A stretch of DNA of 64,000 nucleotides from Vicinamibacteria bacterium (GCA_963668695.2 CAXXLQ010000004.1:2496001-2560000), one strand, 5' to 3'; counted from the stretch's first letter, positions 41,919-51,720 are shown. Numbers and translations are program-made. Notes: generated by a model from the letters alone, not told the origin.

Positions 41919-42485
41919 ATGACACGCTTCGAAGGGCCCCGGCCTCTCCTTGATGAAATCGGGGATGAGATCGGGGAAGATGCGGGTGAGGCGCCTTCCC
42001 GCCTCACCGCGCGCCGGCACGTCCCCGAAGACGAGCCGTTTTTCGCCGGGCACTTTCCGGCGATGCCGGTGGTCCCGGGGGTCTTCATGTTGGAAGCGCT
42101 CGCCGAATGCGCCCGCCGGTCGCTTCCGCCCGGCGCGACGCTTGCATCTGCACCCCTCGTGCGATTCCGCCGCCGCGTTTCTCCCGGGGAAACCCTCGAA
42201 CTCAGCGTAACCCCGACCGGCGGCGAGGGTGACCGGCGCCGGTTCGATGCCGTGGCTTCGGTGGAGGGTCGGGCCGCCGTCCAGGCGACCCTGGAGTTTC
42301 GGGCGGGGACCGGGACTTCGGCCGGGACTTCGGCCGGGACTTCGGCCGGGACTTCGGCCGGGACTTCGGCCGGGACTTCGGCCGGGACTTCGGCCGGGAC
42401 TTCGGCCGGGACTTCGGCCGGGACTTCGGCCGGGACTTCGGCCGGGACTTCGGCCGGGACTTCGGCCGGGACTGCGGAACGATGA
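41919..42485 (+). CDS. fabZ: FabZ-like hot-dog dehydratase (degenerate N-terminus) with (AGTS)n tail
   Basis: [36 protein letters not shown]; lacks the usual LPHRYPF. Confidence 0.7.
   Translation: MTRFEGPRPLLDEIGDEIGEDAGEAPSRLTARRHVPEDEPFFAGHFPAMPVVPGVFMLEALAECARRSLPPGATLASAPLVRFRRRVSPGETLELSVTPTGGEGDRRRFDAVASVEGRAAVQATLEFRAGTGTSAGTSAGTSAGTSAGTSAGTSAGTSAGTSAGTSAGTSAGTSAGTSAGTSAGTAER
42311..42473. repeat. 12-bp tandem repeat GCCGGGACTTCG (12 full copies plus partials)
   Basis: Perfect copies at 42321-42464. Confidence 0.95.
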
Positions 42486-43789
42486 GCTCCGACTTTCAGG
42501 GGCTCGGACTTCTCGATCCGGAAGAACGCCGCGAAGCTTCGCCGCCCCCGGCAGGGAAGGGCGCCCGGCGTCCGTCCGGTGCGCCGCCCTTCCGCCGCCG
42601 CTCGCGCCAGGGGCCGCCGGGGACCGGCGGGCGCGGGTCGGGCTCGCGCCGTTCCGATGCCCGCCCGCTGCTCACCGGCCTGAGCCTTGGCGGGACGCTC
42701 GACGATCTGAGTGGCGTCTCCGTTCGCCGGCGCGCCGCCGTCACCGGGACCTCGGCCGGGTTCCACCTGTTGTTGTTGCTGCTGTTTTTGGGTGGACTCG
42801 TTCCCACCGCCCCTTCGGAGCCGGCCGCCGCGCCGACCGAGGATCCGCTCCTTTACGCCTTCGAGGCGCCGCCGCTCGAGGAGACGCAGCCGCTCGATGC
42901 CGTCATCGAGCCTCCGCCCCCCGCTCTTCTTCCCGAGGAGACGGCTCCGGAGGCTGCCGAAGCGCAGCCGCCGCCGCCAGCCGCCGGCATCGTGATCCCG
43001 GAGGCGCAGATCGCCGCCCCCAACACCGGTTTCCAGAACGATCTGCCCTTTTCCGAGGGCGAGGACGAGGAGTTCTACGTCGATCACGAGATGGGAGAAG
43101 AACTGGCCGCCGAGGATGACCGCAGCGAGGCGACGGACGGCGCGGAGCCGGAATTCGTATCCGAGATTCCGGCTATCGAGGATTCGGCCGAGGCGCTGGC
43201 CGAGCCGGCGCTCCAATCTCCCGGGTTCGGGCTGTCGGAGGGGCCGCTCCAGTTCGACGCCGAGGCATTCCGTCGTCTGATCAACGACCCGGCTGCCGAG
43301 GTGCGGCGGCTCGGTAACGAACTGGCGATGCGGGAGGCGCGCGCCCGGGCCGAGGAGGAACGCCGCAAGCAGGGGGCGCCCACCGACATCTGGCGGTTTC
43401 TCGAGGGCAAGCGCTTCCGGAACCCGGAAGGCGGGCTGGTCTCGAACCGCAACAACACCCTCTACTACGACGACCGGGGCGCCAACCTGGTGCCGTGGAT
43501 CGGCCGCCTCATCGCCGAGGTCCGCCGGAACTGGTACATCCCCTACGCCGCCTCCTACGATCGCGGCCACGTGGCGATTGCGATCAGCGTGCAGCGGAGC
43601 GGGCAGCTCGCCTGGTTGCAGGTAGTGGTCCCGTCGGGGGTGCCCGGCTTCGATAACGCCGCGGTCGGGGCGCTCCGCGGCGCCGAGTTGTTGCCGCTTC
43701 CGGATGACTACCCCGGGGCCGACTTCGAGATCATGCTGGTCTTTTGGTACAACGAACAGCCCTTCGATCTCTTCTCGACGCAGGATTGA
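42482..43789 (+). CDS. TonB/TolA C-terminal domain protein
   Basis: TM with SAGFH, Pro/Glu-rich stalk, VRRNWYIP...[15 protein letters not shown]...PLPDDYP. Confidence 0.82.
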   Translation: MSSDFQGLGLLDPEERREASPPPAGKGARRPSGAPPFRRRSRQGPPGTGGRGSGSRRSDARPLLTGLSLGGTLDDLSGVSVRRRAAVTGTSAGFHLLLLLLFLGGLVPTAPSEPAAAPTEDPLLYAFEAPPLEETQPLDAVIEPPPPALLPEETAPEAAEAQPPPPAAGIVIPEAQIAAPNTGFQNDLPFSEGEDEEFYVDHEMGEELAAEDDRSEATDGAEPEFVSEIPAIEDSAEALAEPALQSPGFGLSEGPLQFDAEAFRRLINDPAAEVRRLGNELAMREARARAEEERRKQGAPTDIWRFLEGKRFRNPEGGLVSNRNNTLYYDDRGANLVPWIGRLIAEVRRNWYIPYAASYDRGHVAIAISVQRSGQLAWLQVVVPSGVPGFDNAAVGALRGAELLPLPDDYPGADFEIMLVFWYNEQPFDLFSTQD

Positions 43790-43963
43790 GGCGGTGGGAT
43801 TGCCCCTCGTCCGGATGGCGCCGCCGGGAAGGGAACGCCGGCCAGTTTTCCCGGTGGGGCGTTCACGCCCCCACCGGGAGAACTGGCCAGCACCGCCCCG
43901 CGCGGCGAGGCGAGGTCGCGCAATGCTCCTCCGCAATGAGGACGCGCCGCCGGGGGCAACCAC

Positions 43964-46153
43964 ATGAGTAACACTGGCTCCCCCCGGCGCGGCGCCCGGG
44001 CGGCCTTGCTCACCGCCCTGTGCTTCGCGATCTCCCCTTCCGGCACTGCCGCCCAGCCCATCCCGGCCCCGCAGATCCGGATCGGTCTCGCCGACGGGGT
44101 CTCCGCGGCCCGGATCTCCGCGCCCGCTCCCTTCGTGCTGCGCGCCGGGGAACTCGTGATCGAGACCGCCGACGCGCTCATTTCGGCCGAGACGGGGGCA
44201 GGGGAAGCCGTCCTGGCACTGGGTTCCTTTGCCGGCGAGGCCGGGGCCCGGGAGGCGGCCGAAGCCTTTCGCGAGGAACGAAGCGACGGTCCCGAGGTGC
44301 GGGTGGAGCGCGACCCGGACACCGGGCGCTATCTCGCGGTCCTCCCGGCGGGCCCGGCTGCCGAAGCGGAGGTGGCCGGCCTCCGGGACGCCGGGTTCCC
44401 GGGCGCCGGCATCTTCCGCATTCCGGCCCCGGTCGGGGAGGCGCTCGTGGTCCGGCCGTTCGGCGGTGCACCGATCCGATTCTCCGCCGGCGTTTCGTTG
44501 ACCGCCGAGCCGCCCGGGGACGCGTTCCTCGAGTGGGAGGGGCGGCCCTACCGCGGTTCGTTCACGGTGTTCCGCAGCGGGGGGGGCGTGACCGTCGTCA
44601 ATGAGACGACGCTCGAGGAATACCTGTTCGGCGTCGTGCCGCGCGAGTTGCCGCCCGATCTCTTCCCGGAGATCGAGGCCCTGAAGGCGCAGGCCCTCGC
44701 GGCCCGCACCTATGCCCTCACGCCGAGGGACGCCTACATCCGGCGCGGCTACGACCTCTGCGGCAGTCCCGCCTGTCAGGTCTATGGGGGCGTGGCAGCG
44801 GAACGTCCGCTCTCCACGGCCGCGGTCCGGGAAACCGCGGGCGAGGCGCTCTTCCACGACGGCCGCCTGATTGACGCCCTCTACACGGCGGCTTGCGGGG
44901 GATACACCGAAAACGCCGAGAACGTGTTCTCCAACCCGACTCCGTATCTGGTGGCCCGGGCCTGCATCCGGGAGGCCGGCGGGGTCGGGCTGCGGGGGGC
45001 ATCCGCGGACGCCCCGCTCGACGCCGCGCTCGTCCGGATCGCCGGGGCGCTGCCGGCGGGCTGGAACGGGGCGGGCCTTTCCGCGCCCGCATCCCGCGGG
45101 GAGGCCGCGCGCATCCTGACGGGGGTCGTCCGCTGGCTGGGACTCCCGGCGTGCGACCCGGGGGGGAGAGCCGGGGGCGAACTGACTCTGAGCGAGTTCG
45201 GCCGGTTGGCGGAGGCCACCCGCTGCCGGGAGCCGGAGGGCTCGCTCCTGGGTCCGGGCCCGGACGGCGGTGAGTTGTCTCGGGAGGGAGGCCCGGCGAT
45301 CGGGCGCCTGCTCGCCGAGGGGCTTTTCGATCCCAGCGAGCGGGGACTCGATCCGGGACGGCCGGTGAGCCGCCGGGAAGTGGTCGGAGTCGGGGCCTCC
45401 CTGATGCGGCGCGATGGTCAGCTCCTGCGGCGCGGACAGATCCGGGAAGTCTCCGCGCGAGACGGCGGGGTTCACATCACCCTCGAAGCGGACAACGACG
45501 AGCCCGCAACCGGCGAGAAGGTCCTGGAGGCGCTCGAACCTGCCGGGGAGGCGCTCCTCTTCCGCGAAGTCCGGCCCACCCGCATCCCCGGCCGTGAAGA
45601 GCCGCCGGCGCTCGCGCTTCCCACCGGCGAAGTCCTTCTCCGGGTGGGGGACTTCATCCGCTACCACGCTGCGACCCGGCCGGCAGCGGGCGAAGAACCG
45701 CTCCGGTTCGAGCTGCTGGTTCTGGAAGACCTGGGCGACGCCCACGACCGCTTCTCGCGGCAGAGTTCGTGGCTGGTGCCGAAGAACAACGCCGATCTCT
45801 CGGACGTGGTGAACGAAGTGGAGCCCATCGGCCGGATCGTCGCCCTCGAACCGCTGGAGTTGGGGGTCTCCGGGCGGGTAGTCCGGCTTCGCATCACCGG
45901 CACTCAGGGGAGCTTCGAAGTGCGCGGCCTCCGCATCCGGCGTCTCCTGGGCCTCTCGGAGAATCTGTTCCGGGCCGAGGCCCGGCGCGACGAGAACGGC
46001 GACGTGACGGAATGGTGGTTCTTCGGCAGAGGCTGGGGGCACGGCCTCGGGCTCTGCCAGGCCGGGGCCTACGGGATGGCCGCTTCGGGCGCCGGCTACC
46101 GCGACATCCTGGCCCATTACTACCTGGGCACGGAGATTCGGTCCGTCCCGTGA
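43964..46153 (+). CDS. SpoIID/LytB domain peptidoglycan hydrolase (with SPOR-like segment)
   Basis: YRG, LEEYLFGVVPRE, EALKAQALAARTYA, CQVYGG, GWGHGLGLCQAGA, ILAHYY. Confidence 0.92.
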   Translation: MSNTGSPRRGARAALLTALCFAISPSGTAAQPIPAPQIRIGLADGVSAARISAPAPFVLRAGELVIETADALISAETGAGEAVLALGSFAGEAGAREAAEAFREERSDGPEVRVERDPDTGRYLAVLPAGPAAEAEVAGLRDAGFPGAGIFRIPAPVGEALVVRPFGGAPIRFSAGVSLTAEPPGDAFLEWEGRPYRGSFTVFRSGGGVTVVNETTLEEYLFGVVPRELPPDLFPEIEALKAQALAARTYALTPRDAYIRRGYDLCGSPACQVYGGVAAERPLSTAAVRETAGEALFHDGRLIDALYTAACGGYTENAENVFSNPTPYLVARACIREAGGVGLRGASADAPLDAALVRIAGALPAGWNGAGLSAPASRGEAARILTGVVRWLGLPACDPGGRAGGELTLSEFGRLAEATRCREPEGSLLGPGPDGGELSREGGPAIGRLLAEGLFDPSERGLDPGRPVSRREVVGVGASLMRRDGQLLRRGQIREVSARDGGVHITLEADNDEPATGEKVLEALEPAGEALLFREVRPTRIPGREEPPALALPTGEVLLRVGDFIRYHAATRPAAGEEPLRFELLVLEDLGDAHDRFSRQSSWLVPKNNADLSDVVNEVEPIGRIVALEPLELGVSGRVVRLRITGTQGSFEVRGLRIRRLLGLSENLFRAEARRDENGDVTEWWFFGRGWGHGLGLCQAGAYGMAASGAGYRDILAHYYLGTEIRSVP

Positions 46154-46263
46154 GCTGGCGATCGGCGTTCCGCTTCACACCGGGACAGCAGCGCGCCGGA
46201 GCGCTGCTGGTCCTCGTGCTGCTGGTGATCGCTCTGATCCGCCGCTCAGCAGCCTGTGGATAA
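46150..46263 (+). CDS. Small single-TM peptide ending inside the repeat
   Basis: GTGA overlap with spoIID stop; FRFTPGQQRAGALLVLVLLVIALIRR. Confidence 0.45.
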   Translation: MSWRSAFRFTPGQQRAGALLVLVLLVIALIRRSAACG

Positions 46264-46483
46264 AGTGGCGTGAGCGCCGAGAGCGGTGAGGCGCCCGGCT
46301 GACAAGGCGCGCGAGGGAGGAATACCCGGTGTATTTCGACCGAGGCGCCCGAAGCGCCCGAAGCGCAACGATGAGCGACGCGAAGCGCCGGTTCTCCCGG
46401 TGGGGGGGCGGTTCAGCCGGGATGCATCGCCGCTCGAGCCCCCACCGGGAGAACTGGGCCGCGAGACTTTGTTCACAGGCTGC
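46249..46483 (+). mobile_element. MITE-like repeat, copy 5
   Basis: GCAGCCTGTGGATAAAGT...ACTTTGTTCACAGGCTGC, flanked by TCA on both sides. Confidence 0.88.
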
Positions 46484-47452
46484 TCAGATAGCTCGTCACC
46501 GAACGCGCCGCTCGTCCTGGCGCTCGTGGGACCGACCGCCAGCGGGAAGTCGGAACTCGCGGTAGCGGTGGCCGAGGCGCTCCCGTTTCCCGTCGAGATC
46601 GTCTCCTGCGACGCCTTCCAGACCTACCGGGAACTGGATATCGGCTCCGGGAAACCCTCGCCGGAGCTGCGCGCGCGCCTGCCGCACCACCTCCTCGACG
46701 CGCTCGACCCCGATGATCCGTGCACCGCCGGACGCCACGCGGACCTGGCGGCGTCGACGATCCGGAACATCCGGGGCCGCGGGGCGGTCCCGCTGGTCGT
46801 GGGCGGGAGCGGCCTCTACTTCCGGGCGCTGCGCGACGGGATCTTCGAGGGGCCCGTGCCGGACCCCCGGCTGCGGGCGCGGCTCGATGCCCTCTACCGG
46901 CGGCCGGGAGGCCCCCGCTGGCTGGAGCGGTTTCTTTCGCGGCTCGACCCCGAGGCCCACCGGCGCATTCATCCCAACGACCGCGTCCGTCGGGTCCGGG
47001 CCCTCGAAGTAGCGATCGCCGCGGGAGAACCGATCTCCCGGCTGCAGGCGACCCGCCGCCCTCCGCTTCCGGACGCGGATTGGCGGATCGCCGGCCTCGA
47101 CCCGCCCCGCGGCGTCCTCGAAGAGCGGATCGTCCAGCGGGTTCAGGGAATGTTCGCCGACGGGCTGCTGGACGAGGTCCGCCGCCTTCGCGACCGGTAC
47201 CCGGGTGAGTGGCCGGGGCGGCTTGCGATCGGGTACCGCGAGGTGCTTGCCTTCCTTGCCGAGGGCGGGGGACCGGACGATTCCGAGGCGCGGCTCGCCC
47301 AGGTCCAGGACCGGGTGGTGGTCTCCACCCGGCGCTACGCGAAGCGGCAGCTCACGTGGTTCCGCGCCGAACGAGGCGTAACCTGGGTTCCCGTTGCGGC
47401 GGACGGCTCCGCCGCGCGCGACGCGGTCTTGCGCGTCTTCCTTCCCGGTTGA
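46469..47452 (+). CDS. miaA: tRNA dimethylallyltransferase
   Basis: GPTASGKS, SCDAFQTYRELDIGSGKP, GGSGLY, RRVRALE, TRRYAKRQLTW. The nearest in-frame start is a TTG inside the repeat. Confidence 0.93.
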   Translation: MFTGCSDSSSPNAPLVLALVGPTASGKSELAVAVAEALPFPVEIVSCDAFQTYRELDIGSGKPSPELRARLPHHLLDALDPDDPCTAGRHADLAASTIRNIRGRGAVPLVVGGSGLYFRALRDGIFEGPVPDPRLRARLDALYRRPGGPRWLERFLSRLDPEAHRRIHPNDRVRRVRALEVAIAAGEPISRLQATRRPPLPDADWRIAGLDPPRGVLEERIVQRVQGMFADGLLDEVRRLRDRYPGEWPGRLAIGYREVLAFLAEGGGPDDSEARLAQVQDRVVVSTRRYAKRQLTWFRAERGVTWVPVAADGSAARDAVLRVFLPG

Positions 47453-47510
47453 CTTCCTCGTTTTGGGCGCGCGGGATGGCACCGACACGCCCCCCGGAAG
47501 ACGTCACCCG

Positions 47511-47589
47511 GGAGCCGGTGGACAAAGTCAGGCGCCCCGGTTCTCCCGGTGGGGGCTTCGGCGTTCACGCCACCTTTTCCACGGGCTCC
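47511..47589. mobile_element. Short, internally deleted relative of the MITE family
   Basis: GGAGCCGGTGGACAAAG...CTTTTCCACGGGCTCC ends enclosing a 16-bp module. Confidence 0.6.
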
Positions 47590-47606
47590 TAGAATCCCCC
47601 CGTTCC

Positions 47607-48212
47607 TTGCGCGTCCTTCGAACCCTCCTCGCTGCGGTCCCTCTCCTGGGCGCGGCTTCTCCCGGCCGTCAGGCGCCGGCCCCGCCTCCCGACCCGGTGG
47701 AGAGCGGCGCGTGGCTCAAGATCTTCGGGATCATCTCGGGCGCCCCGGACCCCGTGGTGCTGTCGGAGGCCGAAGTCAACGCGCTGCTCGGTTCGGCGCA
47801 GCTTGCGGCGATCTTCGCGGAGCGGGCCGGTCTCACCGAGGTCCAGGCGCGGCTCCTTCCCGACGAGGTGCATCTCAGGGGGCGCATGGAGGTTTCGAGG
47901 CTCGCGGCGGCGCTCGGTCCGCTCGCCCCGCCACCCGGAAGTCCGCCCCAGCCCATCGAACTCGTACTGCGGTTGCGGGATGCCGGGGGTTCGGCGGAAG
48001 CCACCGTTCTTCGGGGAACCGTCTCCGGGATGGAGCTGCCGCCCCTGGTCATCGCCGGCGCCGTGTCGGAAGTGTTTTCCGGGGCCTTGACGGCCCAGTT
48101 TCCGGACGGGAGCCGACCCAGTCTGGACGGGACTCCCTTTCCGCTGCCGCAAAGAATTGACCGGTTCGAAGTGAGATCCGGAGAAATCCTGCTCCAACCC
48201 GCCACTCCCTGA
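47607..48212 (+). CDS. Hypothetical exported protein
   Basis: Signal-like leader, LSEAEVNALL, FPLPQRI; directly upstream of recG. Confidence 0.65.
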   Translation: MRVLRTLLAAVPLLGAASPGRQAPAPPPDPVESGAWLKIFGIISGAPDPVVLSEAEVNALLGSAQLAAIFAERAGLTEVQARLLPDEVHLRGRMEVSRLAAALGPLAPPPGSPPQPIELVLRLRDAGGSAEATVLRGTVSGMELPPLVIAGAVSEVFSGALTAQFPDGSRPSLDGTPFPLPQRIDRFEVRSGEILLQPATP

Positions 48213-48238
48213 TCACAGTTCCCCAAGAAAAGACGGCC

Positions 48239-50464
48239 TTGCCCGGAATCACCCCGGATACCGAGGTCCGTTTCCTTCCGGGGGTCGGGCCCCGGCGCGC
48301 CGCCGCGCTCGCCGAAATAGGAGTGTTGCGGGCTTCGGACTTCCTGCTGCGGCTGCCTTTCCGCTACGAGGATCGGAGCGAGCACCGCCAGACCGCCGAG
48401 CTCGTCGACGGCGAAGCCGCGGCAGCGGAAGTGGTCGTCGCTTCGCTCAGCGTCCGCCCTACGCGGCGGCGGAACCTGAAGATCGTCGAGTTGCGCGGCC
48501 ACGACGCGAGCGGCCCGGTCAAGGCGACCTGGTTCAACCAGGTGCACCTCAAGCAGATCCTGAGACCGGGGCAGCGGGTGCTCCTGTTCGGGAAAGTCCG
48601 CCGTCCGGTCGCCGGAGGGGTCCCTGAATTCGCAAATCCGAGGTACGAACTCGTCACCCCGGACCGTGACCCCGATCCCGCGGGCCCCGGGACGGCAGGC
48701 CCCGGGATTGGCGACCCGGCGCCTTGGGATTCCGGCGTTCCCGCGGCGTCTTCCGAGAGCGTTTCCCCGGATTCGTCTTCCCCGTCCGGCGCGCACGCCG
48801 GCCGCATCGTGCCGATCTACGAGCGGGTCGGGTCGCTCACCCCGCGACTCCTCCGCACCATCCTGCATCGGCTGCTGGACGGCGGCGACGCGGTAGGGCC
48901 CGGCTATCTCCCCGAGGAACTGGTGGCGCGGATGGGGCTGCCGCCCCGGCGGAAGGCGCTCGAAGAAGTGCATTTCCCCCCGGACGGCGCCTCGCTCGCG
49001 GAACTCGACCGGAAACGATCTCCCGGCCACCAGCGGCTCATCCTGGAAGAGTTCTTCGTCTTTGCCCTCGGGCTCCAGTTGCGCCGCCGCCAGGACCGGG
49101 TCGGGCGGGCCGGCGGACACACCTTCACCGTGGACGACACGCTCCGCGACCTGGTGCGGCAGGTGCTGCCGTTCCGCCTCACCGGCTCCCAGCGTGCCGC
49201 GCTCGCCACGATCGCGGAGGAGTTCCGCTCCCCGCTCGCCATGCGGCGGCTCCTCCAGGGCGACGTGGGTTCCGGCAAGACGATCGTGGCAGTCATCGCG
49301 GCCCTCATCGTCATCCATCACGGGGCGCAGGCGGCGCTCATGGCTCCCACCGAGGTCCTCGCCGAGCAACATTTCGCAACCATCCGCAGACTGCTCGAGC
49401 CGCATCGCATCCGCGTCGTGCTGCTCACCGCGGGGCTCGGCGCCGGGGAGCACCGCGACACCCTGCGGGCGGTGGCGAGCGGCTGGGCCCAGTTCGTCGT
49501 CGGCACCCATTCGCTCATCCAGGAAGGCGCCCGGTTCCGGGACCTCGGATTCGCGATCGTGGACGAGCAGCACCGCTTCGGGGTCGCCCAGCGGCGCACG
49601 CTGGTGGAACGGGGCGGGGGCGCCGACCTGCTGGTGATGACGGCGACCCCGATTCCCCGCACCCTCACCATGGCCCTGCATGGGGACCTCGATCTGTCCG
49701 AACTCCGCGAGTTGCCTCCGGGGCGGCAGCCGGTGACCACCCTGGTCCGGGATCCGGGAGGGCTTCCCGAGGTGTACGCGCGGGTCCGCGAGGAAGTGGG
49801 GAAGGGCCGGCAGGGTTTCTATGTCTGTCCGTTGATCGAGGAATCGGAGGAGCTGCCGGGCGCCGGGGTCGAGGCCCGTTTCCGGGAGCTCTCCGAGGGG
49901 CCGTTCCGGGGGCTGCGGGTGGATTTCGTGCACGGCCGGGTTCCGGCGTCACGCCGGGAGCAGGTGATGAACGCCTTCGCCGGCGGGGAACTCGACGTGC
50001 TGGTCGCGACGACGGTGATCGAGGTAGGGGTGGATGTTCAAAACGCCACGGTGATGGTGGTGGAACACGCCGAGCGCTTCGGCCTCGCGCAGTTGCACCA
50101 GCTCCGCGGGCGGGTCGGGAGAGGCACCGATCCCGCCACCGCGATCCTGGTGGTGGGAGGAAAGCCGACCGAACTGGCGCTCCGCCGCCTGAAGGTGCTC
50201 GAGGAAACCACCGACGGATTCCGGATCGCCGAGGAGGATCTCGCGATCCGGGGCCCCGGAGACTTCCTCGGTACCCGGCAATCGGGGATCCCGCCGTTCC
50301 GGGTGGCCGACATCATCCGGGATGCCGACTTCTTGCGCCTCGCCCGCAAGGAAGCGAGTGATTTCCTGGCTTCTCCCGGGCTCGAAACGGCCGAGGGACG
50401 GCGAATCCTCGAACACGTCCGGGAGACCTGGGGCGAGCGCTTCGGTCTGACGGCCGGCGGGTGA
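48239..50464 (+). CDS. recG: ATP-dependent DNA helicase RecG
   Basis: QGDVGSGKT, MAPTEVLAEQH, DEQHRFG, MTATPIPRT, QLRGRVGRG, DGFRIAEEDL. Confidence 0.98.
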   Translation: MPGITPDTEVRFLPGVGPRRAAALAEIGVLRASDFLLRLPFRYEDRSEHRQTAELVDGEAAAAEVVVASLSVRPTRRRNLKIVELRGHDASGPVKATWFNQVHLKQILRPGQRVLLFGKVRRPVAGGVPEFANPRYELVTPDRDPDPAGPGTAGPGIGDPAPWDSGVPAASSESVSPDSSSPSGAHAGRIVPIYERVGSLTPRLLRTILHRLLDGGDAVGPGYLPEELVARMGLPPRRKALEEVHFPPDGASLAELDRKRSPGHQRLILEEFFVFALGLQLRRRQDRVGRAGGHTFTVDDTLRDLVRQVLPFRLTGSQRAALATIAEEFRSPLAMRRLLQGDVGSGKTIVAVIAALIVIHHGAQAALMAPTEVLAEQHFATIRRLLEPHRIRVVLLTAGLGAGEHRDTLRAVASGWAQFVVGTHSLIQEGARFRDLGFAIVDEQHRFGVAQRRTLVERGGGADLLVMTATPIPRTLTMALHGDLDLSELRELPPGRQPVTTLVRDPGGLPEVYARVREEVGKGRQGFYVCPLIEESEELPGAGVEARFRELSEGPFRGLRVDFVHGRVPASRREQVMNAFAGGELDVLVATTVIEVGVDVQNATVMVVEHAERFGLAQLHQLRGRVGRGTDPATAILVVGGKPTELALRRLKVLEETTDGFRIAEEDLAIRGPGDFLGTRQSGIPPFRVADIIRDADFLRLARKEASDFLASPGLETAEGRRILEHVRETWGERFGLTAGG

Positions 50465-50649
50465 GGGGGGACGGGCGGGGCCGACGGCGCACTACGCCAA
50501 AGCCACGCCACCGCTGTGGTAGGCTGGCGGAAGGCGCGCGTGACACGGTGCGATTCCGTCAGCCGTAGCACGTCCCAACCGGGACGGAGCGCCATGTGGG
50601 GTTGCCGGCTTCGGTCGGAGGACGGGCCCCACCGCGTGCCACCCGGTAC

Positions 50650-51477
50650 TTACCGCGCGTCGCGGACCAAAACGCCGCGCTTCTGTTCGCTCCGCAGGTT
50701 ACGTGTGTGTGACTTGTGGAAGGTGACGAGATAGATCTCGTCCTCTTCGGTTCGTTTCACGACTGCCCTAACAGCCTGTGGTGAAACCCACGCGGCGTTC
50801 GAGCGGCGATCCATCCCGCCTGAACCGCGCCGCTTTGCGGCGCTCTGCGTTGCGTTTCGGTCGAAATACACCCGGTATTCCTCCCTCACGCGCCTTGGCA
50901 GCCGGGCGCCTCACCGCTCTCGGCGCTCACCCGGGTTCCACCACAGGCTGTTATACCAACGACCGTGGAACTTGCCGAAGAAAGAAAGACTCCGACGGCC
51001 AGGGTGCCGGATCGCCGTACCGTGTTCGACCAAGGTCGGTAGCCGGCCGTAGTCCGTCACACTGAGGTCCGGGTGCTTGACGAGTTGCTTGAACGCCGTG
51101 TCCGGGGAGAGGCGGACGACCCGCGACCACGCTTCTGTTGGCTCGGTGGCGGATCCCAGGGCTTCATGTGCCCCCTTGGGAAGAAGGGCGACAGGTAGTT
51201 CGGCGAGGCCCGGTTCCATCTCCGGCCTCATCTCGCTCGCCTCGGGATGTTTCTGCCGCACAGCCCTGATCTGGGCATCGAAGCATCGGAACACGGGTCC
51301 GCAGCAGACCGACCGGACGGCGGTGCGCGCCAACGCGTCGTCGGGCTCTCCGTCCAGTTTCGTGATGAATCGGTTCATCGCTGCGGGCGATGGATCGGTA
51401 ACCAGGGATGCCAGCGCGGACTCATATTCGTCCGCGGCGCCAGCCTCCGTCGCGGGTAAATCCTCGCCGGGTTTCAC
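50650..51477 (-). pseudogene. PBECR2-like (phage MuF C-terminal, Barnase/EndoU/RelE-fold) nuclease gene interrupted by a MITE
   Basis: VVRLSPDTAFKQLVKHPDLSVTDY...GRWY|RAVVKRTEEDEIYLVTFHK joins exactly when 50771-50953 is removed. Family call is by eye. Confidence 0.7.
50771..50951 (-). mobile_element. MITE-like repeat, copy 6 (181 bp, TA duplication)
   Basis: ACAGCCTGTGGTG...CACCACAGGCTGT with TA at 50769-70 and 50952-53. Confidence 0.92.
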
Positions 51478-51720
51478 GGCGGCGCCTGGTTGGACATGGG
51501 CGCGGGAGACCTCGCCGGGGCGAGGATCTGTCAGCCCGTCAGGGGTTACGGCTGTCGGCGGCAGGCATGGACGGCGAAGAGGGAGAGGCGCAGCGCAACC
51601 TCCCGTGCTCGCCGGGCCTCACTTGGCGACCGCTCCCGCTGGATTCCCCTGCGCCACGGAGAACATTGGCTCTGGTGGGGCGAGGCCACAAAGCCCCGGT
51701 GGAACGGAGGGCGACATGAA

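Noticed and set aside
41249-46117. 1622-aa minus-strand ORF
   Set aside because: Antisense shadow of skp, fabZ, the TonB-like gene and spoIID in high-GC DNA; no motifs of its own.
46286-46468. Conserved peptide RRPADKAREGGIPGVFRP as a protein family
   Set aside because: It is the translation of the MITE core and appears wherever the repeat does, in various frames.
50911-50913. Selenocysteine TGA in the nuclease-like gene
   Set aside because: The TGA lies inside the inserted repeat, not at a catalytic position.
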